From contig JACQWR010000011.1 of NCBI GenBank assembly GCA_016209105.1, positions 132,216-196,215 of the forward strand: a stretch of 64,000 bases of DNA, given 5' to 3'. The translations under genes were made by a program, and so were the position numbers. Under the pieces are notes generated by a model that saw only the letters and a program-made list of their open reading frames with translations, was not told the DNA's origin and did no database searches. Numbering within the stretch: position 1 is the first letter of the stretch; every line of letters starts with the position of its first letter. The DNA comes from Deltaproteobacteria bacterium. GTDB taxonomy: Bacteria; Desulfobacterota; Syntrophia; Syntrophales; JACQWR01. Below, in pieces: positions 1-9,843 of this stretch.

Positions 1-105
1 TGCGTATATTTATTTATACACATCTTAATTGAGCATTATTTCATATTGTTTATCAAGACTTACCCATCTGCTCGCCCCGTTTTTCGACTCGCGCCTCCCT
101 AATTA

Positions 106-124
106 TGTATAAAAATTTTATACA
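106..124. promoter_or_regulatory. Inverted repeat TGTATA-N7-TATACA, candidate enhancer-binding-protein (UAS) site upstream of fdh
   Basis: Read directly: tgtataaaaattttataca, about 120 bp upstream of the sigma54-like promoter at 241. A looser copy (cgtata-N6-tataca) lies at 3..20. The same half-sites recur at 38386..38404. Confidence 0.3.
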
Positions 125-240
125 TAATCGCCATTGTATAGCCTCCTCCCCTATCCTGTCTTATTACAAAAACAAACCAATTACACCATAAACAAACTAA
201 TTATACCACAATACATCGCAAACAGAGACGCCTCCCTTCA

Positions 241-256
241 TGGCATGTCCATTGCA
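241..256 (+). promoter_or_regulatory. sigma54 (-24/-12) promoter candidate TGGCAT-N5-TTGCA
   Basis: tggcatgtccattgca matches the TGGCAC-N5-TTGCW consensus with GG and GC correctly spaced. It lies about 200 bp upstream of the fdhA start at 454. Confidence 0.5.
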
Positions 257-453
257 CAATGGAAGGCGACATTACAGCGCCCTGCGGAAGGCGCGCACGC
301 TGTCGGATCATGAAAATAGCCAACCGGCAAAAGCTAAGGAGATCGTGGGAATAGAGAGAACCCCCTGTTCTGAATAATACCGATGAAACGAGATTAAATG
401 CTCACAGGAATAATTATCAGTAAATAATTCAATAGTGAAAGGAGGATGTAGTA

Positions 454-3400
454 ATGCGTATTACCAGACGAGGGTTTTTGAAAGTCTCGGGAACAGCATT
501 GGCCGCAAGCGGCATCGGCATAAATCTTAAGCCGGTAGCCGCCTATGCGAAACCGCTAAAAATCAAGTACGCGAAAGAAACCACCACCATCTGCCCATAC
601 TGTTCCGTGGGGTGCAGCATCATTGTGTCCACTACCAATGACGGCAAGGTCATCAACACGGAAGGCGATCCCGACAGCCCCATCAATGCGGGCGCCTTAT
701 GCAGCAAGGGTGGTTCCCTTTACCAGATGAATGTCAATGGCAGCCGCCTGGATAAGCCGCTCTACCGGGCGCCTTACGCAAGCGAATGGAAAGAGGTGTC
801 CTGGGAATGGGCGTTGGATAAAATCGCCAAAAATGTCAAGAAAAACAGGGATGAAAGTTTCCATTTGACAAACGCCAAGGGACAGACGGTTAACCGTACC
901 GAGGGTATCGCGTCCGTGGGAAGCGCGGCCATGGATAATGAAGAATGTTATCTGTATCAAAAATTCTTAAGGGGGTTGGGTCTGGTCTATATTGAACACC
1001 AGGCCCGTATCTGACACAGCGCTACTGTAGCGGCTCTGGCAGAGTCGTTCGGACGCGGCGCAATGACGAATCACTGGGTAGATTTTCAAAATAGTGACTG
1101 CATTTTAATTATGGGCAGCAACCCGGCTTCCAATCACCCCATATCCTTCAAGTGGATAACGAAGGCGGTGGAAAAAGGGGCGAAGCTCATCTGTGTTGAC
1201 CCGAGATTTACACAATCAGCAGCCAAGTCGCATATTTACGCCCCCTTGCGTTCGGGGACGGATATCGCCTTTCTGGGCGGCATGATCAAATACATCCTGG
1301 ATAATAACCTTATCCAAGAAGAATATGTGAAAAATTACACGAACGCCACCTTCCTTGTTAATCCGGCCTTAAAGCTCCCCGGCGACAACAGCGGCGTTTT
1401 TTCCGGACTGAAGGGTGAAGCCTATGACAAAACCACCTGGTCCTATCAAACCGATGCCGATGGCAAGATTAAGAAAGACAGCACCTTGCAGGATGCTAAT
1501 TCCGTGTATCAATTGTTGAAAAAACACTACTCGCGCTATACGCCGGAAATGGTATCCAGGATAACAGGTACGCCCAAGGACAAGTTGCTTGAAGTCTATA
1601 AAGAATTCTCAAAAACAGGCCAGCGCGATAAGGCGGGGAACATCCTCTATGCCATGGGTTGGACACAGCATACCGTAGGCACCCAAAACATCCGGGCAAT
1701 GTCCATTATACAATTGCTGCTCGGAAATATGGGAATGGCCGGCGGCGGCGTTCAGGCGCTGCGCGGCGAAGGAAATGTGCAGGGTTCGACGGATTACGGA
1801 CTCCTCTTCCATATCCTCCCGGGCTATCTGGCAACGCCTCTGGCAACCCAAACGACACTGGCACTCTATAATGAGCAGAAGACACCAAAAACCAAAGAGC
1901 CGAACAGTCTAAACTGGTGGAAAAATTACCCCAAATACAGCGCCAGCTTACTGCGTTCCCACTACGGCATGAATGCCTCCCTGGATGAAGCCTACTCCTA
2001 TTTGCCCAAACTGGACCCCGGCGTCAATTACTCATGGCTTGCGCTCTTTGACCAGATGTACAAAGGCAAGTTCACCGGTTTCTTCGCCTGGGGCATGAAT
2101 CCGGCGGGAAGCGGCGCCAATTCCAATAAAGTACGGCAGGCGCTGGCAAAGGTTGACTGGATGGTCAACGTAAACCTTTTCGACAACGAAACAGGCTCCT
2201 TCTGGCACGGCCCCGGCATGGATCCGAAAAAAATCAAGACCGAAGTTTTTATGCTGCCCTGCGCCGCTTCTCTTGAGAAGGAGGGAAGCATTACCAACAG
2301 TGGACGGCTGATGCAATGGCGTTATAAAGCGGTCAACCCGCCGGGAGAGGCCAAGCCGGATGCTGAGATAATGACAGAGCTTTATTTCAAGATTAGGGAT
2401 TTGTATGAAAAAGAAGGCGGCCCCCTCAAAGAAGCCATTACCAAGTTGACCTGGAATTACGGAGAGGCGGGAAGCGACGGCAGGATAAAGCATCTGGATA
2501 TCCACGCGGTGGCCAAGGAGATCAACGGCTATTTTCTTGAAGACAAGGTTGATCAGGGGAGTAAGCGGGCCTTTAAGAAGGGCGATCCCGTGCCCTCCTT
2601 TGCGTTTCTCCAGGACGACGGTTCCACCTCTTCGGGATGCTGGATCTACTGTAATTCCTATGCCGATAAGAACATGGCCGCCAGAAGAGGCACAAAAGAT
2701 CCCTCCGGGCTTGGTCTTTACTCTGAATGGGCATGGAGCTGGCCCGTGAACCGCAGAATCATCTATAACGGCGCCTCCGTTGATCTCAAGGGCAATCCCT
2801 GGGATCCGAAACGCGCAGTGATCGCCTGGGATGGAACCAAATGGGTGGGCGACGTGCCGGATGGCGTCGGCAACCCCGGTTCGGGGAGGCCCCCCTTCAT
2901 CATGAAGCCCGACGGCGTGGCAAGTATTTTCGGGCCGGGTTTAACTGATGGTCCTTTCCCGGAACATTATGAACCGCTGGAAAGCCCCCTGGCAAAAAAT
3001 TTGATGTCGCCTCAAATGGTCAACCCTGCCGTCAAGCGGTGGGATAAGTCGGGGGTGGGAACGAAACTGGATATCGCACGAAGCGGCGATTCCCGTTTCC
3101 CTATCGTCTGCTCTACCTACCGGGTAAGCGAACATTGGCAAAGCGGTGTCCTTACAAGATGGCAACCCTGGCTGGTGGAAATGCAGCCAGCCCTGTTCGT
3201 GGAGATAGGACCGGAATTGGCCAAGGAAAAGAAAATTAAAAACGGAGAGAAGGTCGTTGTTAAATCCGCCCGGGGCGAGGTAGAGGCCGTGGCCATGGTC
3301 ACAGACAGATTCAAGCCTTTTGCCATAGACGGCAAAAAAGTCCACGAAATCGGACTGCCCTGGCATTTTGGCTGGGCAACGTCAGCCGAAAGGAAATACG

Positions 3401-3540
3401 GGGCTAAAGACAAGAAACCGGAGCTGTTCACCCAGGGTGATTCGGCAAATCTTCTTACCCCGACAATAGGGGATGCCAATACCATGATTCCGGAAAGCAA
3501 GGCCTTCATGGTTAATCTCGTCAGGAAGGGGGTGGCTTAA
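454..3540 (+). CDS. fdhA: Formate dehydrogenase catalytic (alpha) subunit, periplasmic, selenocysteine-containing molybdopterin enzyme. ORFs 454..1014 and 1063..3540 are one gene read through UGA at 1012..1014.
   Basis: Twin-arginine signal (MRITRRGFLK). N-terminal Cys cluster CPYCSVGC. Both ORFs are in the same frame. The stop context translates as HQARI-U-HSATVAALAESFGRGAMTNHW, the classical FdnG/FdhA Sec motif. The rest is a molybdopterin oxidoreductase. Confidence 0.93.
1012..1047 (+). other. UGA selenocysteine recoding site plus candidate SECIS hairpin
   Basis: In-frame TGA at 1012..1014 at the conserved Sec position. Downstream, ggctctggcagagtc (1032..1046) can form a short stem-loop with a G-rich apical loop. 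The fold was assessed by eye only. Confidence 0.55.
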
Positions 3541-4296
3541 ATGGCCGAACAAATTCAGCTCATTGACACATCAAAATGTACGGGTTGCCGGGGTTGCCAA
3601 GTTGCCTGCAAGCAGTGGAACCAGTTATCGGCCCGGCAGACAACCAACAAAGGCTCTTATCAGAATCCGCCAGATCTTCAGGAAAATACCTGGACGCTTG
3701 TCCGCTTCCGGGAAGTTTCGGAGCAAGACGGCAGGGTGAAATGGACCTTCCGAAAAGACGGGTGTCTGCATTGCACCGACGCCACCTGCGTAAAGGTGTG
3801 CCCGGCCGGCGCCAGATTTCGTTTGAGTAATGGGGCGATAGGTACGGATAATGAAAAGTGCGTAGGCTGCCAGGCGTGCGTCGCTTCCTGTCCTTTCGAA
3901 AAATCCCGGTACTCGGAGGCGGCAAATAAGGCTTACAAATGCAACCTCTGCGCAGACAGGGTACAGGACGGCCTTCTCCCTGCCTGTGTTAAGGCCTGCC
4001 CCACGGGAGCGCTGAAATTTGGTGAAAGAGGGGAAATGCTCAAGTTGGCATACGCGCGGGTAAAGGAATTAGGAGGAGACGCCTCCGTTTACGGGGATAA
4101 ATTCTTCGGCGGAACGCATCTCATTTTTGTTCTTGAAGAAAAGGTTAATCTCTACGACGCCCTGCCCGCAAAACCAAAGGTCGCCTCTTCCGTTTTGTTC
4201 TGGAAGGATCTGCTGCAACCCTTTGGCTTGTGGGAGGCAGGCGCCGGAGTGGTGGTATCGTTTCTCTCCCGCAGCAGGATACACAGGACGGGATAG
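3541..4296 (+). CDS. fdhB: Formate dehydrogenase iron-sulfur (beta) subunit, 4x[4Fe-4S] ferredoxin type
   Basis: Start abuts the fdhA stop. Four Cys clusters are present: CTGCRGCQVACK, CLHCTDATCVKVCP, CVGCQACVASCP, CNLCADRV..ACVKACP. Confidence 0.9.
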   Translation: MAEQIQLIDTSKCTGCRGCQVACKQWNQLSARQTTNKGSYQNPPDLQENTWTLVRFREVSEQDGRVKWTFRKDGCLHCTDATCVKVCPAGARFRLSNGAIGTDNEKCVGCQACVASCPFEKSRYSEAANKAYKCNLCADRVQDGLLPACVKACPTGALKFGERGEMLKLAYARVKELGGDASVYGDKFFGGTHLIFVLEEKVNLYDALPAKPKVASSVLFWKDLLQPFGLWEAGAGVVVSFLSRSRIHRTG

Positions 4297-4354
4297 CGTT
4301 ACCGATTTATTGGAACACCCCTTGGGGGTAAGGTAGGAATCAGATACAAGAAGA

Positions 4355-4382
4355 GGGGAACCGGGCAGTAGGCCGGTTCCCC
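4355..4382. terminator. Bidirectional rho-independent terminator between convergent fdhB and the minus-strand operon
   Basis: Perfect 10-bp stem GGGGAACCGG / CCGGTTCCCC with an 8-nt loop. Flanked by an A/G-rich run on the left and tcttctctgtt on the right. Confidence 0.6.
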
Positions 4383-4408
4383 TCTTCTCTGTTGATAACG
4401 GAAGGTAT

Positions 4409-5137
4409 TTACTGCCCTCCGGGGCAGCGGGCGGGAAGAAATAGTTCTCTAATTTGTGCGGCAGGCAGCACCGCACCAAAGGAAGCGGCCATTCGGTTCA
4501 GCATCTCCTTGCATATGGGCTCGGTTCCGCTTGCAACCCCGTCGCTCACGACAATGATATCAAAATCCCGGTTGAAGGCATCCCGTGCTGTTGACTCCAC
4601 ACAAACATCAGCCGCGACACCGGTAAGGATAAGGGTGTCAATCCCCCAGCAGCGCAGACGCATCTCCAGGTCCGTCTGGTAAAAGGCGCTGGTGCGTCTT
4701 TTGTAAACCGTATGGGCGCCCGGACCGGGCTCCAGGATATCAACAATTTCCGCACCCCAGGTCCCGCGCAGGGCATTATAGTCGTGGCCGCGGGCCTCTC
4801 CCGTAATCCGCACCCGCTCCGGCAGTATCCGATGAAAGCGCCAGTGGTTGTCGCTGCCGTCAGGCTCACGGACCGTAACCACGTAGATGACTTTCACCTC
4901 CTCCGGGAGACTTCGCAGCAGTTGCTGGATGTTGGGAATGATAAGCTGCAGGGGGCCGCAGGGACGGCCCTGCCGGTGATGATAACCGCCGGGAGAAACA
5001 AAATCGTTCTGCATGTCAATAATCAGGAGCGCCGAGCGCCTCGGATCCAAGACGATATCCTGTTGTTCCTTCTGTTTGTTTCTTTTCGGAGCAATGGCGC
5101 CCCGTTTTATTTCCGGACGCACCGGTTCTCCCCCCAC
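4409..5137 (-). CDS. Isochorismatase-family (cysteine) hydrolase
   Basis: Family triad context: LLIIDMQNDF (Asp), YKRRTSAF (Lys), LTGVAADVCVEST (Cys). Last gene of the operon. GTG start 3 nt after the UbiD stop; the exact start is uncertain. Confidence 0.8.
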   Translation of the reverse strand: MGGEPVRPEIKRGAIAPKRNKQKEQQDIVLDPRRSALLIIDMQNDFVSPGGYHHRQGRPCGPLQLIIPNIQQLLRSLPEEVKVIYVVTVREPDGSDNHWRFHRILPERVRITGEARGHDYNALRGTWGAEIVDILEPGPGAHTVYKRRTSAFYQTDLEMRLRCWGIDTLILTGVAADVCVESTARDAFNRDFDIIVVSDGVASGTEPICKEMLNRMAASFGAVLPAAQIRELFLPARCPGGQ

Positions 5138-5140
5138 GAC

Positions 5141-6571
5141 TCAAATCTTATCAATGCGCAAAATCTTCTTTCCCCACTTTTTCATGATCTCCGCCTTATA
5201 TTCCGGCGTCCGCTCGGTGACCTTCGGAAATTCCTTCAGCTTTTCCCAAGGACGGCAAGCGTCAATGATGGCCCGGGAATTGAACGTCGGCTCGCCGGGC
5301 GTCACCAGGGGATCCAGGTTTGAACTCCAGCAGCGATCCATGGTCACGATGTTCGTGGCCGGATCACAGCGGGTAGCCATGGCCCAGAGTACGGCATCCG
5401 TGTCAAAGGGGTCCACATCCTCATCCACAACGATGGTAAAGCGGTTCATGTAGGCGGCGGAATGAACCTGCGAGGCGATCATGCCCGCCTGCCGCGAGTG
5501 ACCGGCAAACCGTTGTTTAATGGCAATGATATTGATCAGCCGCGTTGACCCCGCCTCATGACACCAGACCCCCTTGACCTCCGGCACTCCCGCCGCTTCC
5601 AGTTCATCCCAGAGCAAAGCCGAGCGGATGTAGGAACGGTAGAGATGTTCCGCCGGAGGGCGATGCCCCACATAGACATGGAGGATAGGTTTATTGCGGT
5701 GATAGACGGCCTTCACCCGAAAGACCGGGCAGGGCATGGAACCGGAAGCATGGTAGCCCGGCCATTCCCCATAGGGGCCTTCGGGAAGCAGATCCCCGGG
5801 AACGCACTCGCCTTCCAACGCGATCTCCGCCGTCGCCGGGATAGGCAGGCCGGTATACGCGCCTTTGATGACCTCAACCGGCTTTCCCTGAAGCCCACCG
5901 GTAAAATCGTATTCTGAAATACCCCAGGGGATTTCCATACTGGAGGCCAGGTACAGGGTTGGATCCTGCCCCAGGGTAATCACGGCGGGACAGGGCTTCC
6001 CTTTATCGAAATATTTTGCCCGCTGGAGGGTGCCGTGCTTCCCCGGCGAGATATACCAACCGATGGATTGTTTATCAATGAGCTGTCCCCGATAGGTGCC
6101 GATGTTGACCCAGCCCTCATCGGGGTCCCGGGTGATGGACATGGCGCCCGTGGCAATGTAACGTCCTCCGTCCAGGTGATGGACCAGCGGAACGGGAAAC
6201 TTCAGGAGATTGATATCCCCGCCCGTAATGACATTCTCCATGACCGGCCCTGTCTTGACAAATTTCGGGGGGGTCAGCTTCAGTTCCTTGGATACCTTCC
6301 TCCATCGGTTAATAAAGTCTACCGGTTTGTAGTCCACCGGGAATCCCGCGGTGAGACAGAGGCGGGGGAGGGAACCGAGCACATTGCTCACAATCCTGTA
6401 TCCCGGAGGGTAATCCTTGATATTATCAAAGAGCAGAGCGGGGCGTTTCCCCGGCCTCTGGGAAACGACTTCCTCAATGCATCCGATTTCCAGATTCCAA
6501 TCGGCATGTTCCAGAGATAAGAGCTCCCCCATATCCTCGACTTTTTTAATCCACTCTCGTAAATCCTTCAT
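5141..6571 (-). CDS. UbiD-family (prFMN-dependent) reversible decarboxylase, substrate unknown
   Basis: 476 aa with typical UbiD features (DGGRYIATG, DPDEGWVNIGTYR, EGPYGEWPGY). Paralogous to 54392..55855. Confidence 0.9.
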   Translation of the reverse strand: MKDLREWIKKVEDMGELLSLEHADWNLEIGCIEEVVSQRPGKRPALLFDNIKDYPPGYRIVSNVLGSLPRLCLTAGFPVDYKPVDFINRWRKVSKELKLTPPKFVKTGPVMENVITGGDINLLKFPVPLVHHLDGGRYIATGAMSITRDPDEGWVNIGTYRGQLIDKQSIGWYISPGKHGTLQRAKYFDKGKPCPAVITLGQDPTLYLASSMEIPWGISEYDFTGGLQGKPVEVIKGAYTGLPIPATAEIALEGECVPGDLLPEGPYGEWPGYHASGSMPCPVFRVKAVYHRNKPILHVYVGHRPPAEHLYRSYIRSALLWDELEAAGVPEVKGVWCHEAGSTRLINIIAIKQRFAGHSRQAGMIASQVHSAAYMNRFTIVVDEDVDPFDTDAVLWAMATRCDPATNIVTMDRCWSSNLDPLVTPGEPTFNSRAIIDACRPWEKLKEFPKVTERTPEYKAEIMKKWGKKILRIDKI

Positions 6572-6633
6572 CTCACGCTCCTCGACAGCTTCGGAAACAG
6601 TAACGGCTCCGCCCTCTGGGCGGGGTCTTCACA

Positions 6634-6717
6634 TTAAAGCTCTCCGCAGCAAGCTGCGGAGAATCCTTGATTCCTAAGGAACAAGAACAGTTAAGCATGC
6701 GCTCGCTACCGAATTCA
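6634..6717. repeat. Intergenic repeat family A, short variant lacking the second hairpin
   Basis: ttaaagctctccgcagcaagctgcggagaatccttgattcctaaggaac...gcgctcgctaccgaattca. Sits between the ligase stop and the UbiD start. Confidence 0.7.
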
Positions 6718-8295
6718 TTATCCCTTTGCTGAACCCTGCCGATAACGATCCCGCAGTTTTTTCTTCTCGATCTTTCCCGATCCGGTCTTGGGAAGCGACG
6801 CGACAAAATCTATCGTTTTGGGCGATTTATACCTGGCGATCCTTTCCTTGCAAAAGCCGACGAGTCCCTCCTCCGTGGCTTCCTGGCCGGACCTCAATAC
6901 CACAACCGCCTTGACCGCTTCTCCCCATTTCTCGTCCGGCACGCCCACGACCGCGCATTCCAGCACGGCCGGGTGCATGTACAGTATGTTTTCCACCTCG
7001 GTGGAATAGACATTTTCCCCACCGGTTACGATCATGTCTTTCCGACGATCAACAATCGTCACGTACCCCTCTGCATCCATAACGGCCATATCGCCGGTGT
7101 AGAGCCAGCCATTCTTAATCGCCTGCCCTGTTTCTTCAGGCAATTTCCAGTAGCCCGGCGTTACCGTATCCCCCTTGACAATGATTTCGCCCACCTCCCG
7201 CTCGTCCGTTCTGATTTCGCGCCCTTCGTCCGTTACAACCTTCAGTTCCACGGCGATAAATTCCCGGCCCGTCTTGGACTTAAATTGCAACTGCTCATCG
7301 CTTGATTTTTTGAGCAGGTGTTCCTTGAGGAGGGAAAGCGTCAGGTAGGGACTCGTCTCGGTCATCCCATAGGTTTGTATGTAATCACATTTAAACGTCT
7401 CCACGATCCTGCGGACCACCTCCGGGGCTATGGGCGCGCCGCCGGAGAGCAACACCCGTAAGCTGCGGTAATCGAACCCACCGGCCCCCGGATGATTCAC
7501 CAGCATATTGAGCATGGTGGGAATCAGGTTGGTAAGGGTGACCTTTTCCTTTTCTATCGCGGACAGAACCGTCGGCGGATCGAAATCGTTTACCAGCACG
7601 TGGGCGCCGCCTACCCAGGTTATGGCCCAGGTTGCCCAGGCATCGGCAAGATGGAAAAGCGGCGCCGCATGCAGCCATACGTCCCGGTCGGTGAGATGTA
7701 ATTCTGCGATGGCGCCCAGGGCATGGGTCATCACGTTTTTATGCGTAAGCATTACTCCCTTGGGACGGCCGGTGGTGCCGCTCGTATAGTAGATCTGGGC
7801 TATATCGTCCTCCCCAACCGGTATATCGGGAAGCCCGGCGGCGCTGCCGGTCTGTATTGTTTCATAGGAGTAATCGCGGCCCCCTTCCGGAAGTTCGCCG
7901 GTATCCGTCCCCGTCCAGATAATTGTTTCAATCCCCGGAATATCGCGACACACTGGCCGGATAAGTTCCCGGAAACGGGGATGCACAACCAATACCTCTG
8001 CCTCGGCATCCTTCAGAATAAAAGCAATCTCACCGCCGGACAGTCGGTGGTTCAGGGGCACGCAAACCGCCCCGATCCATATGACCGCATAGTAGGTTTC
8101 CAGAAAATAATGGCAGTTTTGGTGGAGGATGGCAACCCGATCGCCCTTGCTTACCCCCCGTTCCCGCAAAAAGCGGGATAGGCGGTACACACGGGTAAAA
8201 AATTCGCCGTAGGTCCATCGCTTCCCGCCACAGACAATCGTTTCCTTGTCGGCAAAGAACTTGTGCGCCTTTTTCAGGGTATCAGCCAGCAGCAT
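6718..8295 (-). CDS. AMP-forming acyl-CoA synthetase/ligase (class I adenylate-forming enzyme)
   Basis: Motifs YTSGTTGRPKGV, TYGMTE, YTGD, GGENVYSTEVE and a C-terminal SGKI lysine. Confidence 0.9.
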   Translation of the reverse strand: MLLADTLKKAHKFFADKETIVCGGKRWTYGEFFTRVYRLSRFLRERGVSKGDRVAILHQNCHYFLETYYAVIWIGAVCVPLNHRLSGGEIAFILKDAEAEVLVVHPRFRELIRPVCRDIPGIETIIWTGTDTGELPEGGRDYSYETIQTGSAAGLPDIPVGEDDIAQIYYTSGTTGRPKGVMLTHKNVMTHALGAIAELHLTDRDVWLHAAPLFHLADAWATWAITWVGGAHVLVNDFDPPTVLSAIEKEKVTLTNLIPTMLNMLVNHPGAGGFDYRSLRVLLSGGAPIAPEVVRRIVETFKCDYIQTYGMTETSPYLTLSLLKEHLLKKSSDEQLQFKSKTGREFIAVELKVVTDEGREIRTDEREVGEIIVKGDTVTPGYWKLPEETGQAIKNGWLYTGDMAVMDAEGYVTIVDRRKDMIVTGGENVYSTEVENILYMHPAVLECAVVGVPDEKWGEAVKAVVVLRSGQEATEEGLVGFCKERIARYKSPKTIDFVASLPKTGSGKIEKKKLRDRYRQGSAKG

Positions 8296-8340
8296 GTCCC
8301 TTCATCCCACCGATACAACAATGACCACCCGCGAAAACCT

Positions 8341-9015
8341 TCAGGCGAAAGGAATTTCTTTCAGATCTCCGCTTACCGTAAACGTCGCTTCCGTGAGCGC
8401 CTGGATTTCCTCCGGCGTATACCCCGGCGCCGTCTCGGTGAGCACAAGTCCCGCCGGTGTCACATCCATGACCGCCAGATCGGTCACAATCATATTGACA
8501 ACGCCGCGGGCGGTCACCGGCAGAAGGCATTCCTTCAACACCTTGGGCTTGCCCTTCTTGGTCGTATGGGTCAGCATCGCAATCAGGCGCTTCGCATGAC
8601 CCGTAATATCCATGGCCCCGCCGATGATGGGGCAGTCTCCCGGCAGGAGCCAGTTGGCAATGTCGCCTTTTTCCGACACCTCAAAGGTGCCCAGGACGGA
8701 AAGGTCAATGTGCCCCCCCCTGAGCATGGTAAACGCCTCCACACTGGAAAAACAGGCCGCACCGGGGATAAGAGACAACGGTCTCCTCCCCAATCCCATG
8801 AGGTCGCGGTCCTTCTGGGCATCCGTGGCCACCGTCCCCACTCCCAGAACGCCGTGTTCGATATGCACCATGGACCAGATATCTCTCGATATGTAATTGG
8901 CCACCGGGAAAGGCATGCCGGCGCCCAGATTGACGCAGTAGCCGTCCTTCACCTCCATCGCCACCCGTTTGCACATTTCATTTTCCGTCAGGGGACGTTT
9001 AGAATCTTGGCGCAT
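8341..9015 (-). CDS. Family I CoA-transferase, subunit B
   Basis: ScoB/AtoA-like sequence with a conserved Glu context (HIEHGVLG). Overlaps the subunit A gene by 17 nt. Confidence 0.85.
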   Translation of the reverse strand: MRQDSKRPLTENEMCKRVAMEVKDGYCVNLGAGMPFPVANYISRDIWSMVHIEHGVLGVGTVATDAQKDRDLMGLGRRPLSLIPGAACFSSVEAFTMLRGGHIDLSVLGTFEVSEKGDIANWLLPGDCPIIGGAMDITGHAKRLIAMLTHTTKKGKPKVLKECLLPVTARGVVNMIVTDLAVMDVTPAGLVLTETAPGYTPEEIQALTEATFTVSGDLKEIPFA

Positions 9016-9682
9016 AGCACCCTCCTTTTACTATTCTATCCACATAGATCCCCGGCGTATGAATTTCGTTGGGATTCAAAGCGCCGACCCCGACAATATT
9101 TTCCACTTCCGCGATGACAACCTTCGCCGCCGTGGCCATGGTGGGGTTGAAGTTTTGCCCCGTATACCGGTATTGCAGGTTCCCCCATCTGTCAGCCACA
9201 AAGGCCTTGATGAAGGCAAAATCAGCCTTGAGCGGCGTCTCAAAAACGCAGGGTTTCCCCTCAATGACCTTTTTTTCCTTTTTCTCCGCCAGCAGCGTTT
9301 CCGCGCCCACGTCCGTATAAAACCCGAACAGGCCGTTTCCGCCATGGCGTATCCTCTCCACGAATATCCCCTGGGAGCACACCTCAAACTCCAGTTCGCC
9401 GGCCTTGAATTGCTTGATGAACTCTTGATTCCAGGAGTGGTAGGAGCCGATGAATTTGCGAATCCGCTTCTCTTTAACGAGCGGGTGGCAGCCGTAGATG
9501 ATCCCGTCACGGTCATTGCCCGGATCGCTGGCAATCGCCGTAATATTTCTTGTCCCCTTCGCAACCAGTTCCCGGATCAGGTTTTCTGGATCACCGGTCG
9601 GCCCCCAGCCGCCAAACATGATCGTCGCCCCGTCGAAGACGTCCGCAATCGCTTCCGCACAACTTGCGTAAATCTTGTTCAT
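8999..9682 (-). CDS. Family I CoA-transferase, subunit A
   Basis: ScoA/AtoD-like N-terminus (IADVFDGATIMFGGWG). Paired with subunit B. Confidence 0.85.
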   Translation of the reverse strand: MNKIYASCAEAIADVFDGATIMFGGWGPTGDPENLIRELVAKGTRNITAIASDPGNDRDGIIYGCHPLVKEKRIRKFIGSYHSWNQEFIKQFKAGELEFEVCSQGIFVERIRHGGNGLFGFYTDVGAETLLAEKKEKKVIEGKPCVFETPLKADFAFIKAFVADRWGNLQYRYTGQNFNPTMATAAKVVIAEVENIVGVGALNPNEIHTPGIYVDRIVKGGCYAPRF

Positions 9683-9718
9683 CTATTACACCTCCCCTTG
9701 TCAGCACCATAGGGTTTT

Positions 9719-9843
9719 GCAGGCTGCTCAAAAAGCCCAGATGCAAGGCCCCCGAAATACTTCGCCATGAGGCGTACTGTTGCGTACGTCGAATGGCGAA
9801 GGATGAGGGAAACGCCGCAGATGGGCATTTTTCAGCAGCCTGC
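9719..9843. repeat. Intergenic repeat family B (MITE/REP-like, terminal inverted repeats)
   Basis: Ends gcaggctgctcaaaaa ... tttttcagcagcctgc are inverted, with an internal palindrome cttcgccatgaggcgtac..gtacgtcgaatggcgaag. Homologous copies lie at 43638..43884 and 62268..62393. Confidence 0.7.

Noticed and set aside
454-3540. fdhA as a disrupted pseudogene or two separate genes (ORFs 454..1014 and 1063..3540)
   Set aside because: Both ORFs share one frame. The single interrupting codon is TGA at exactly the conserved selenocysteine position (HQARI-U-HS), so this is recoding, not disruption.
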